64,000 bases of DNA, from the NCBI GenBank assembly GCA_028023455.1, contig JAQFVV010000005.1:7626001-7690000 (forward strand), written 5' to 3'. This DNA comes from Epiperipatus broadwayi. Taxonomy: Eukaryota; Animalia; Onychophora. The notes under the pieces were generated by a model. It was given only the letters and a program-made list of their open reading frames with translations. It was not told where the DNA came from and made no database searches. The position numbers and the translations under genes were made by a program. Positions 37,204 through 48,889 of this stretch are shown here, one piece after another (position 1 is the stretch's first letter; the number at the start of each line of letters is the position of its first letter).

Positions 37204-37599
37204 AAGACGACTTTATGCATTGTTAAAAGTTTAATTTTAAGATTTATCTATCAAAATTTGAAATTTTAGAAGTAAATATAAAATTAATAACTTTAAAAAT
37301 GTTTAAATTTCAAATAAATTTAAATTTTATTTTATAATAGTAATTACATTTTTCTCAGGTTTATTAAATTCTATGTTTTGTTACCTTTATGGAAGTACAT
37401 ATTATATTCATACAAAAAAATGTAAAAAAATATCCAATATAGTCTTGAGATTTAAAAAAAAGGGTACATTTTTAACTTATTCAGGGAAGAAATTTCAGTG
37501 GTATCTTTTGGATTCTGTGTATAAAATTCAGAGAATTTTTTTTTTTCTTAAATGACAAATGTACCTTTTGTTTTTTAAAAAATTTTAATGAATCATTTA

Positions 37600-38943
37600 T
37601 CAAAAGATTCGAACAAGAATTTCAAGAGTATCGAGATCACTGAAATGACTTGCTTCATGATTTTTCACTATATTTCTTTCAGTATCTTTGTAATCACACA
37701 AACAACACTTAAACTCTTCAGAGTTAAGGTACCAGTCTTTGCTTGTGTATTTCCTGTCTTGTTGAATAAAAACCAATTTCTGAGAAGACAAATTAGGATG
37801 AACATTTTTTATATGCTTTGTTAGATTATGACGAGATGCAGTTTTGTAATCACACAAATTGCACTTGAGAAATTTATTCCATGTATGATTTCTTTCATGT
37901 CTTTTTAAATATTGAATTGTAACAGTCTTATAATCGCAAAAAGAACAATGGAATAGCTTATCATCTGTAAGAATCTTTTTATGTATAAGTAAACAACTTG
38001 TATCAGAAGTCGTGAAATTGCACTGAAAAGATTTTCCATTTATATGTCTTTTTTTGTGTGCTTTTAAGGTACTTTTTGCAGCAGTTTTATATTCACATAA
38101 GCTGCACTCAAAAAACTTTTCTACTGCATGACATCTTTCATGTATTTGTAAACCACTTTTAGTAGTAGACTTATAATTGCAAAAGCTACAATGAAAAGGT
38201 TTTAGTCCTGTATGACTTCTTTCATGTATTATTAAATTGCATTTTTGGGAAGATTTAAAATTGCATAGGTTACACTGGAAAGGCTTTTCTCCTGTATGAC
38301 TTCTTGCATGTATTTTTAAGTAAGATTTCACATTTGTTTTGTAATTACACAAATTACATATAAAAGGTTTCTCTCCTGTGTGCCTTCTTTCATGTATTAT
38401 CAAACTACTTTTCTGGCAAGCTTTAAAATTACACAGGCTACATTGGAAGGGTTTGTCTCCTGTATGAGTTCTTTCATGTGTTCTCAAATCACTTTTAAAA
38501 GCAGTTTTGTAACTACAAAATCTGCAGTGGAAAGGTTTTTCCCCTGTATGAATTCTTCCATGACTTTTTAAGCTAGTTTTTACAGCAGTCTTATAATTAC
38601 ATATGTTGCATTTGTAAGGTTTTTCTCCAGTATGGCATCTCTGATGTATTTTTAAATTGCATTTTCCAACGGTCTTAAAACTGCATAAGTTACAATGAAA
38701 TGGTTTTTCTCCTGTATGAGTTATTTCATGTACTTTTAAACTATGTTTTATAGCTGTCTTATAATTGCACAACTTACATACAAATAGTTTTTCTTCTTTA
38801 TGAGTTTTTTTGTGGACATTTAAAGTATTTTTTATAGAAGCCCTATAATCACATAAGTTGCATTGCAAAGGTTTTTCTCTTGTATGGCATCTTTCATGCA
38901 TTATTGAATGATTTTCTGACAGCTTTGTCATTACAGATAACAC
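37600..38943 (-). CDS. C2H2 zinc-finger array protein ZF1 (about 13 CxxC-Y-type fingers with TGEKP linkers); true start unclear
   Basis: 447-aa open frame with 12 tandem fingers, one degenerate finger and an isolated C-terminal finger. The finger just upstream is frameshifted (GEKPLSSVICNDKAVRKSF), so the gene may be truncated or pseudogenised. The first ATG is at 38931. Confidence 0.85.
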   Translation of the reverse strand: MLSVMTKLSENHSIMHERCHTREKPLQCNLCDYRASIKNTLNVHKKTHKEEKLFVCKLCNYKTAIKHSLKVHEITHTGEKPFHCNLCSFKTVGKCNLKIHQRCHTGEKPYKCNICNYKTAVKTSLKSHGRIHTGEKPFHCRFCSYKTAFKSDLRTHERTHTGDKPFQCSLCNFKACQKSSLIIHERRHTGEKPFICNLCNYKTNVKSYLKIHARSHTGEKPFQCNLCNFKSSQKCNLIIHERSHTGLKPFHCSFCNYKSTTKSGLQIHERCHAVEKFFECSLCEYKTAAKSTLKAHKKRHINGKSFQCNFTTSDTSCLLIHKKILTDDKLFHCSFCDYKTVTIQYLKRHERNHTWNKFLKCNLCDYKTASRHNLTKHIKNVHPNLSSQKLVFIQQDRKYTSKDWYLNSEEFKCCLCDYKDTERNIVKNHEASHFSDLDTLEILVRIF

Positions 38944-40330
38944 TGGAGAGTGGTTTTTCTCCTATTTATCCATTTATTTTTTTACTTCTGAATTTAAGTG
39001 ACATCATGTCATATCTTTTACAATATTATCATATAACATTTCAATGAATCAGCTGGTAAACTATCCCCAGCAAATAATCACTTTTGCTTTTTTACACTTT
39101 AGTTATTAAAAGACTCTAGCCATACATTTATCAGCCCTTTCTTGGAAAGTTATTGAACATAAAATATTTTAGCTCCTGTCATTGTTATCTAAAATTATTC
39201 TAATTTCTGATACTAATGTGATTATCATGTTATATGAAATCACTTAAGATTATTTAAATGGTTAGATATTTCCATTAGCAGTGATGATATTAAATAATTA
39301 ACTTGTATTCCATAACTGTTCAAATAATGGGTTACTGAGGTTTAACAACACACCAATTTGTTTGTCTTCTATCATGATTACAATTACAAAGACCATAAAT
39401 CTCTTCAGTAGTTTTATTTCTGATCTAAAACAAGAGAAAATCAATAATATATTATGACTAATGCTGAATAAATCCATAAAATAAATATTTTAAACAATAG
39501 TTTTCAAATTTTTCTCGGAGTAAGTTACAAAAATAAAATACATTATATTATAAAACTCAAGTAAATTACTTTAGAATAACTTCAAAAGTACTTCACAAGC
39601 TGATTCAGATTTATCAAAGTATATACTGTATTCTAATACTTTACAGATAATATTCATTAGACTATCATAAACAAGTTCTACATTACATTTCATTAAAATT
39701 TATCTGAAAGCATTCAATCTTAATCCATTTAACTTGAAAAGCATTGCTTAATACATACAACAATGGAGAAAATAAGGAAAACTCTTGGCATATTAATATA
39801 TTTTTGATATTTTACTGCCCAGGAGCACAATCCCTGAGATTAGGAATATTGACAGAAAAATGTTCGTTTCATAGTTTGTGAGAATTAATATCAATTTAAA
39901 GAAATCACTTTCTGTCTCATTAGCTAAAACATCAGTAGTCAGAATTATTTTATGTTTCACAATGAATAATCTCAAGATACTGATAACATTCATCAAAAAT
40001 GTGATAACATTTTCTAGAAACTGTCTAGAACCTTATATAGGTATGCATCCAAATCTCAAATAAAAGACTATAAATCTCATTTTCAATTTTAATTTCCAAG
40101 GATTTCAGAATAATTATGATTTTATTAAAGTCTATTTATCATGCATATTCATACTCTATAATTTCATTATCACTATTTTTATAATCAGTTCAAAACATAT
40201 TTTCCTACCCATTTTCATTATATTATTTCTGCTTGCACTGATTCTGATCTCAAATTTCTTTCAAGTTATTTATATTCTTCTTTAGTTTCTTAAAATTCAG
40301 ATAGCCACTTCCTGAGGTCAGCTTAATAAT
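38944..40330 (-). pseudogene. Decayed coding-like region upstream of ZF1 (putative former N-terminal domain)
   Basis: Long Leu/Ile/Phe-rich readings broken by scattered stops (e.g. ORF 39793-39996), contiguous with the frameshifted first finger. No recognisable domain. Confidence 0.4.
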
Positions 40331-42375
40331 ATAACAATTGAAGGGTTTACTGTTTGAAGTTCATAAGAAGTTTGAGCACTAAAATGAAAGAATTGAGCCA
40401 CAACCTCTACACTTTCAGCTCTAGACTCTCTACTATTATATCAAACGAAACAGAGAAAAAAATACCCAACTGGTTAATAGCTTGGAAGTTCATAAAAATT
40501 TCAAAAACCAGAAATGACAGGGCTGAATCATGATCCATGGTTCTTGATTTCCAAAATCTGTCACCTAATCACTACTAATCATATAGGATAGATTAAAAGT
40601 AATAATAGAGACTGCAAGTGTTTTCTTTTTGGAAATATGTCCAACACATCTATCTCTTTGATATTCAAATGTCACATGATGTCATCATTCCATAATTTGT
40701 ATCAAAAATGAAGTTACCAACAATGAAAACTTCAAATAATTATACTATGAAAGTCACCAAAAGTTCTATTTCATTATTAAAATTGAGATAATTTCACCAT
40801 TGTGTTTTCTTTTATTCTATACAAAAGTTCTGCCATAAAAACAATGCAATTATTTTAAAAATAATTGATTTCATTAGCAAAGATATAATAATAAAACATT
40901 TTAATTATTATTTATATAGAGTAAGAAATATATTTTGTGTAGTAAAAAGGGAAACCCAAATTATGTTTTATTTAAGACTGGAGGCAATAAAGACAATTTC
41001 ATTAACAAATAAACAATCTTCAAGAGAAAAAGAATCTGCATTAGGGCTTTGTAAAATTTTTAGTTCAAAAGCACACACAGAATAATTATTTATGAATTTA
41101 CATCTTAGTTTTTTGATGATCTAAAATAATATGATAGTTAAATTAAAAAAATTGAATTCACTTCACAATATATTATGGATATCTATATATAAATAAAAAA
41201 TTGCTTTGACAACAAAATTAAAGATCCTTTATGAAGGTATGGATTGGCTGCTTTGACTCATCGTAAAAAATAGTAATAGCCAATAAGTTAGTGACCAAAT
41301 TCTAAGCTCAAATCAAAAAAAATAAATTTGCAAGGTTTTAAATATTATCACTAAATTATAAATTTTATAAACAAATAACAAATCCATTCATTAATATGTA
41401 ACTGAATATTAAAGGGAATTTTATTGCATCCAGCTATATAGCTAAATGCTTATATATTTTTAAAGTAAAGGTTAAATAATTAATTTACATGAAATAAATA
41501 ATTAGACTAATTCTCAGGAATTTTAATATACATAAAATATGCTAAAATTTATGTGGCCATAAGATTTACTAAATAATATGGTAATATAAATAAATATAAA
41601 AATCAAATTAATTTAAATAAATAAAAATATGCTTTATTTTACAATAAATTAATAACAAAAAAACAACAACTGATAAATAAATAATAGCAATCTTTTCTGA
41701 TACATACTCTAAATATGAAAATAAAACATTAAAACTATGCTTATGTTTATATTTTAAATGTGTATAGATGGTTAAATATGTACGTCGATGCACAATATCA
41801 TTAAAGGTATAAAATAAGCCTAAAATTTAATTAAATAAAAAGTAAAAATAATTATAACTCTTTAATATGCTGTATCTAGTTCTTTAACATCTACAAAATT
41901 GTTATATTACTTTTTAATATTCATTTCTGTAACACTGATATCATATCATTGTAGTAGCTAGTTTATTCACTATATTTTTATTTCATGATATATCTAACAT
42001 AAGTATTTTACATATCAAATTCTATACTATTACTACAAATATGTGGCTTTAAACGATAATGCATTTATATGCAAATATAAGGCATAGCAGTTTTTACTAT
42101 ATAACAATAGAACACCAAATATATAATAAAATTGTATTGCCACAGAAGAGTGGGAAATATTTTAAAAATAAACAAAGCATACTATTATTCAAAAATTTAT
42201 AACCATATTATTAAATAAAATTCTATATAAAATATAAACATAAGTTCTAATTTATAAAGATATGTGATTTCTGAGTTTGTTTCCTTGTAAACACATCTAT
42301 ATGATAACAATAATCTATGAAGATTATATATTTTACTTTTAATGACAAAATAATTCCAAAAAAAAAAAAATGTAT

Positions 42376-44447
42376 TATAACGGTCGGGGAATGATATGGA
42401 ACACTTACCATATCTGCCGTACAGGGCGCCACTAGGCTGTTCGAACCTAGAAAATTTATAGTGTAAGCAGATACTTCTTGTTAAAGATCCAACTTTTATT
42501 TTATTGACCATTAGCTCTTGCCACTAGCTCAAGGAGTAGCAGAGATTTAAAATGTATTTATTAAAATATATTTTTAATAAAGATAAAAAAACTAAACCAC
42601 TGCCAGTACTAATAACACAAAAAGATTTTATTTACATATATATAACAACAAATTTGAAAAATTACTAAAAAAATGCTTTAGGTTTCATTATTTTTTTTTA
42701 ACTTTCATTTTTAATCTTAGAATGTTGAGCATAAATAGGCTACCTAGACTACGCACTTTAAAGATTTTCGAAACATATGATTCCAGGCTAAAAGTTCGTA
42801 GCCAAACCAATGCTTGCTTCCTGATATGCAGACGCAACCAATGCAATATAAAGATGCTAACATAAAACCACACTGACAGAAATGTGTGTCTGCAGCATGA
42901 TATTATTTAAAGGACATGATCCTCGTCCAGTACAGGAATGTGCATCTGTCTGGTGAAGGAATCGTGTATATAAAATAATAGAACAAATGCTACATATGGA
43001 TGGAAGAGCAGTCTATTTAGCCGACTTATAGTCCCTATTCATAAAGCTAAAGGAGGTCAATGTTGTGGGAAGTACTCCACGTTTATTGCAACACAATAAC
43101 TACATCATTGGGGTCATGCATTCAGTTGGGCGCATTGCCCTGTATGCTAACACACTTCACATTACATTGATATAAACATCCATATATCCCTCTACCAGCA
43201 TTGACACAACTACGAAACAAATAGTCTGAAATCAAAACCCCTTTAAACTAATATACACTTAAACGAGTCTAAGCAGCCATCTACACTCAACTTATATTTA
43301 AGTCAATTTAATAATTTAGTTTATTCTTTAAAAAAAATATTTAGTTTAAGGTATTAAACTTATTTCAAAATCAAATAAAGCATTTGACCTATTTTTAAAA
43401 TCCAATAATGCACAAATAATATGTGTTGATTTTATCTTTAAATTTGTTTGCAATCGCAAACTCCTGCCCTATTACCAACAGACCTTATACTAGGCGTAAA
43501 AAATAAATAATACATTTTAAAAAGATTACATTTAACTTCTAGATAAGACTTTAAAAATTGCAAAGTTTATGAAAATAAAGTTCAGATTTGATGAGGAGAG
43601 AAAGTTTATAATTCAGATTTAAAAGAAAATAAAGTTTGGAGATTTTAAATTAAAGAGTTTATAGTTCATTTTCATCATTATTAATTTATACTTTCCTTTC
43701 TCCGGGCTCATTCCTTCATGATGAAGATCTGAGTTTACGCAAGAGCCATTTCTCGTGGACGATGACAATTTATGAAGACGGTTCTGGTGGTTCGGTCCTG
43801 ATATACGCAGAGATGAAAGCTGCCTTCGGCTGGCCGGTCCGAGGGAAGCGTGATTAAACAATTACATTTTGATAACAGTAACAATAACTCAAGTTTCTTT
43901 TCTTTTTCAACAACGACAAACGAATTCAAAAATTCTAATCTTCTAATACTATTTCTTTTGAATTTTTCTTTTTATAGTCCTGAAGGGTCTTATCTAGGAA
44001 TCCTCGGATCCATCTGACATATTTCATATATGTATTTCATTGGTTCTGTGGTTAAGTAGATTTTTCATCTGTGGTCTGTGTGCATATATATATCTTGGGC
44101 AGGAAAAACAAGTCTTTTCTTTCTATCTCTTGACTCTTATCTATTTTGTAATCTTTTTAATGATCACTTTGCCCTAAGGACCTGTTTATAATTTTATTTT
44201 TGTTAAGAAAGAACTCTTCATTATTTTTAAGATTAAAAGGTTTTTATTGTTTTATTTTAAGATTAGAATCTTTGCTTCGATTCTATAAATTCTTTAAGCT
44301 TAATTTATTTTCAATATTTAAATAAAACTTATTAATAAATTAATAATTCATTGTTTGTGCATTTTGAACATCTGTATACTTAACTCATCATTAGGGATCT
44401 ACAAAAAAAATTTAAATGTAACATATATATATATATATCCTGTTACA
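42376..44447 (-). mobile_element. Solo LTR B (~2.07 kb), related to LTR A
   Basis: Termini TATAAC (42376, one change from TGTAAC) and GTTACA (44447), with a GTAT TSD (42372-42375, 44448-44451). TATAAAA at 43976-43970 and AATAAA at 42632-42627. Collinear blocks with LTR A. Confidence 0.78.
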
Positions 44448-45559
44448 GTATAAAATGACAAATTCATTAAAACTTTATAGTTTTGTGTTTACATAATTCT
44501 CTCGATGCTTTTTCCAAATAATTCCAGGATGATGTAATTTTTCAGAGTAAAAATTAATGCAGATATTTAGACAATAAGTAGCTACTTATACATTGTGGGG
44601 TTTGTTCTATTTTATTTTTCTCCTTGTGCAGAATTTATATTAAAGATGATACAAAGTTCAGCAGCACTTTTTTTGTGAACTTTAAAAAAAATTACTTTCT
44701 TAGCATTCTTCATTCCTAAAATTTTTAAAACATTCTTGCTTAAAATGATGTTCCAAGATATAATGTTACTAAAAAGCAATTAATAAAGCTATTTTCTTCT
44801 AAGTACATGTTTTGAATTCTTTTAATCCATTATTATTGCTAATGCAGCTTCATATAATTTTTAAAATAAAGTAAAGGAATATATAAAGAAATGCTTATTT
44901 GAATATGAAGGTTAAGTGTGTATGTAAGTAAAATTGTTATATTTATAACCTTTTATTTATGTCATATTCAAGTCATTATCACCACAATAATGTATGAAAA
45001 TCTCATTTTTCATTCATGTTTTTATCCAATTTGTCCTTGAAATCGAATCCCATTGTTTAAAAGTTGCAAACATAAATTTGTATACAGTTTAATAAAGTTA
45101 AAATATAAAATTATACACAGCAAAAATAAATCACTTTTTCTTTCATTTATTTAGCCATCATAGTAAACAATCTCATTAATAAATAAATATTAAGCAAAAT
45201 TTTATATTAAAGTTTTAAAATAATATTTCTAAAATTTAAAAATAAAAAAGAATAAACATACATAAAAACACATACATTCTAAACAATAATCTAAAATTAT
45301 ATTAATTATTTTAAAATCATTTTTAAAGCATATGATTTAAATATCAATATTAATTTATTATTTGTTATGAAACCATTTACTGACACATAACATATATGTT
45401 TTATAATGTATTAAACTTTATTAACTTCTAGAATGATATATATATTTAAATAAAATATTAACCCTTGATAATTTAATACTAATCTAAAATTTACTACTAG
45501 TAATTTTTCAAAGATACAAAAGATTATTGCACAAATTTTGAAAAAATTGAATTATATAA

Positions 45560-46780
45560 TTATATTATTATTAAATGATGCATGTTTAAAATAATAGTGA
45601 AATAGAATAGCAAACTTTCCATATAGTAATGTCATCAGTGCAAGCCTTAATAATCAATGGATGCAGGTTTGTGCATGAATCCCTATCTAATACCTACTAA
45701 TCCAATATCCCCAGACTAGTTTCTAGTTTGTGGCTTTCAACAGTGAGAAGTATTGGATCTGAAAGCACTACATCTAGATCTTAGGATCTAATACAACTCT
45801 CCAGCAGTGACCTTTAGATAATAATAAAGTTGAGTTCAAGATGAAAACACGTTTTCAATACCTGCTCATTTTCTTATATAGTCCTATAGATCTGAAGCCA
45901 ATTCAGTATCTATACATTTTGATGTCTTTGGTTTTTGGGCAGGATTATTATAAAACCATTAAAATATCACATAATTACCATTTCCTATGCTTATATAAGC
46001 TGTTAATACAGCACTGCATATAGAGCCATTCAGTCTAAGTCTTAGTAATCAATGAATGCAAGGTTTGTATATAAAATTCCTACCTAGTTCTTACTCATCC
46101 AATATCCCCAGACTAGTTTCTAGTTTATGGCTTTCATCAGTGAGGAGCTCTGGATCTAAAAACCACTGCACTTAGATCTTAGAAACTAATGTAACTCTCA
46201 AGCAGCCATCTTTTATCTCTTTAGATAACTATAAAGCTACGAGTCCAATATGAAAACACAATGTTTTCAATCCAAAATCATTTGCTTGTATAATCATGTA
46301 GATCTGAATCCAATTCAGTATCTATATAATTTTGGTGTCTTTGGTTTTTTAAATACAACAATCACCATAATCCTACGGTCAGAATTGATATAAAACTGCT
46401 AAAATATCACATGATCTCCATTTCCTATGCTTATGCATTCTGTTAATATAGTAGCAAACTCTCAATACAGTAATACCATCCAGTTCAAGCCTTAGTAATC
46501 AATGGATGACTGGTTCAAACCTATATGATTATATAAGCAAATGAGCTTGGATTGAAAAAGAGATAAAAGGTGTTTACTGGATGGTTGCACTAGATCCTAA
46601 GATCTAGGTGCAATGCTTTCAGATCCAAGGATTCTCACTGATAAAAGCTACAATCTAGAAACAAGTCTGGAGATCTATTAATTACTAGGGCATGGATTAC
46701 TGTGCAGTGAGTTTGCTACTGTATTAACAGCTTGTGAAAGCATAGTTAATGGTGTCATGTGATGTAATAGAAATAATTAA
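45560..46780. mobile_element. Tandem and inverted array of ~400-bp hammerhead-bearing units (retrozyme or Penelope pseudo-LTR-like)
   Basis: Head-to-tail units with hammerhead-like cores on the minus strand at 45708-45750 and 46105-46147, a partial third unit at 46400-46510, and an inverted degenerate copy on the plus strand at 46545-46780. Confidence 0.7.
46105..46147 (-). ncRNA. Minimal type I hammerhead ribozyme-like motif
   Basis: CTCCTCA-CUGAUGA-aagccataaacta-GAAA-CUAGUC-UGGGGA. The core boxes are intact, stem III is the palindrome ACUAGU with a GUC cleavage triplet, and stem I is UCCUCA/UGGGGA. Stem II is weak (2 bp here, 3 bp in the 19963 copy). Confidence 0.6.
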
Positions 46781-47339
46781 AATGATAGAAATAAATTAAG
46801 TTTGTCATAAATATGTAGAAAAATATATATTAAAATATAAAACAGCTTATGCAAAAGAAATCAATTAAAAATAAGACTAATATTTATAAATTTATTAAAA
46901 ATCTATAAATATACATTATTTTTTAAAAATCCATAATGTAGAATATTGTATTTAATGTTTTTTTTCATACATAAGTATAAATAAGCATTAATTATATGGT
47001 TTTATATATATATTTGAATTGTGTAACCCATGATTACTGCTGGGCAGTTGAAACCGTAAGCATGAAGGTATAAATTTTATTTTATACATTATATTAAAAA
47101 GTGTTCATATTATAAATTTTAAGATCATTTTATAAAGTGTTCACTTTTATTTATATCACATTTCAAATAAGCTCATACATATATTTTAATATAAATACTA
47201 TTAAGCTTAAATCCTTTTTATATATTATAATACTGCATGTATTTTAATTTCAAAGCTGCTTTTCAATAAATGTTATTCGTTGCTACAATGTGCAACATTA
47301 CTACATGTAACTCATATTAAAAGCATATTCGAAGGATAA

Positions 47340-47960
47340 ATGCAAATTCAAAGTGACAATAATCAGCAGAATTGGTATCTTAACTAAATTGTACTTTTAA
47401 CGAATTAAAAAACCGAGGCACAGAAAATCTAAGACAAAATTTATGCAGACATTAAAAGATGAAATAAAAACGTAAACGAACTCTATTGTTAAATATTATA
47501 GTCCGATTTTAATTTTAAAGTACTAATTAGTTATTCCTGCTTCCTCTGCAGAAAAAAGTGCTCAATATAGTTGAGACGGTTAATTATATTTCACAAAGTA
47601 TCACGGATATATACACTGAAAAGTATTTTAAATTGAATAAAACCACAATTTATTGCTATAATATGCAAATCATAATAAAACATATAGAAAAGATAAATAG
47701 AAATTCAGATTGATTATAATGGGCAAATTTGGTAACAAAAGCTTACCTAAATTTTTAAACTCTTAACGAATTAAAAAACCGAGGTTCAGAAATTTTAAGG
47801 GACATAAAATTTAATAAGACGTCACAAGACAAAATAAGGACATACGCGACCTCTATTATTAAATACTATAATCTGAGTTATAAATATTGTAAGATTAATT
47901 TGCTGTTGCTGATTTCTTTGCAGAAAAAATTGCCCGATATAAGTTAAGACTTATGGTTAC
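47340..47960. repeat. Diverged ~366-bp tandem duplication
   Basis: Identical ttaacgaattaaaaaaccgagg at 47397 and 47763; also shared ctctatt-ttaaata-tata and tgcagaaaaaa-tgc. Confidence 0.8.
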
Positions 47961-48149
47961 ACATACTTGATTATAACTATTATTTGTATATCAAATAAGT
48001 TTTGTTATTATTAATATACGTCATATATTAATATAGAACTTAGGCAGTTAGAGTTGCCATATAAAAAAGATGCTAGTATTTGAAATATTCTTATTCTGTA
48101 CTATCATAATTATTTTAGCAATTATTATTTTTTTTTTTTGCAACTTTAG

Positions 48150-48800
48150 AAATATTTAAAGAGCAGCAGAATCCTTTAAGTTAAAAATATTTTCGTAAGC
48201 TACAAATAGTCTAGGCTAGAAAAGTCTAAAATACAATTTGAGAATTTCGAAAATAAATTTTTTGAAAAGCAACCATTGAAATTTTGGATTTTTTAATTTG
48301 AATGCGAAATCCAATATAAAACTAAAATTTAAAAAACTATAAACTACTTTGATGATAATGGTTTTTCTTGTATTTCGATTCACAAAATATATGCTAAAAT
48401 CAAAATAGACATGACGAAACTGAACTTGTGTATCATTAATGGGAATTAATGAAACTAAACATAATGTGCTTATAATCCTTCGTTAAATTAATAAAACAAT
48501 TTTATGCCAAAAAAACAAAACGAATCCTGCTATTTCAATCGTATAAACGTGATTTTTTTTTTTTTGATATTTTAAATTTTGGGGGTAAAAAAATTTGTAA
48601 AAAAAAAACAAATAATAAAAAATTGAAGAAAACGATATCTACTTTCGGTAAATTTACTATAGTTTCATTTCGTTTCGCACGTCTATTTTAGTTATAGCAA
48701 TACAAAAAAAAAAAATGTTTATTTTTGAATTTTCGTTTAAGTAGACTGATTAGTTTTGACATTTTGATTTTTTGAAATACTTTTTAAAAAGTTTCTTTAC
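48150..48800. mobile_element. MITE-like element with imperfect internal inverted repeats
   Basis: gctaaaatcaaaatagacatgacgaaac (~48393-48420) is an imperfect inverse of tttcgcacgtctatttttagttatagc (~48673-48698). Ends not defined. Confidence 0.35.
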
Positions 48801-48889
48801 AATTGTGAAAAGTGGTTGTGATATTAAAATTGTATTAATTTAATATTGTATGAGAATTTTTATTGATAATTCTTATTTTGTGGCAAAAA

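Noticed and set aside
37588-38571. Plus-strand ORFs opposite the ZF genes, cGLR copies and LINEs (e.g. 37588-37824, 38380-38571, 62379-63469, 10761-11375, 52922-53182 on minus)
   Set aside because: These are antisense shadows of real coding or decayed coding sequence.
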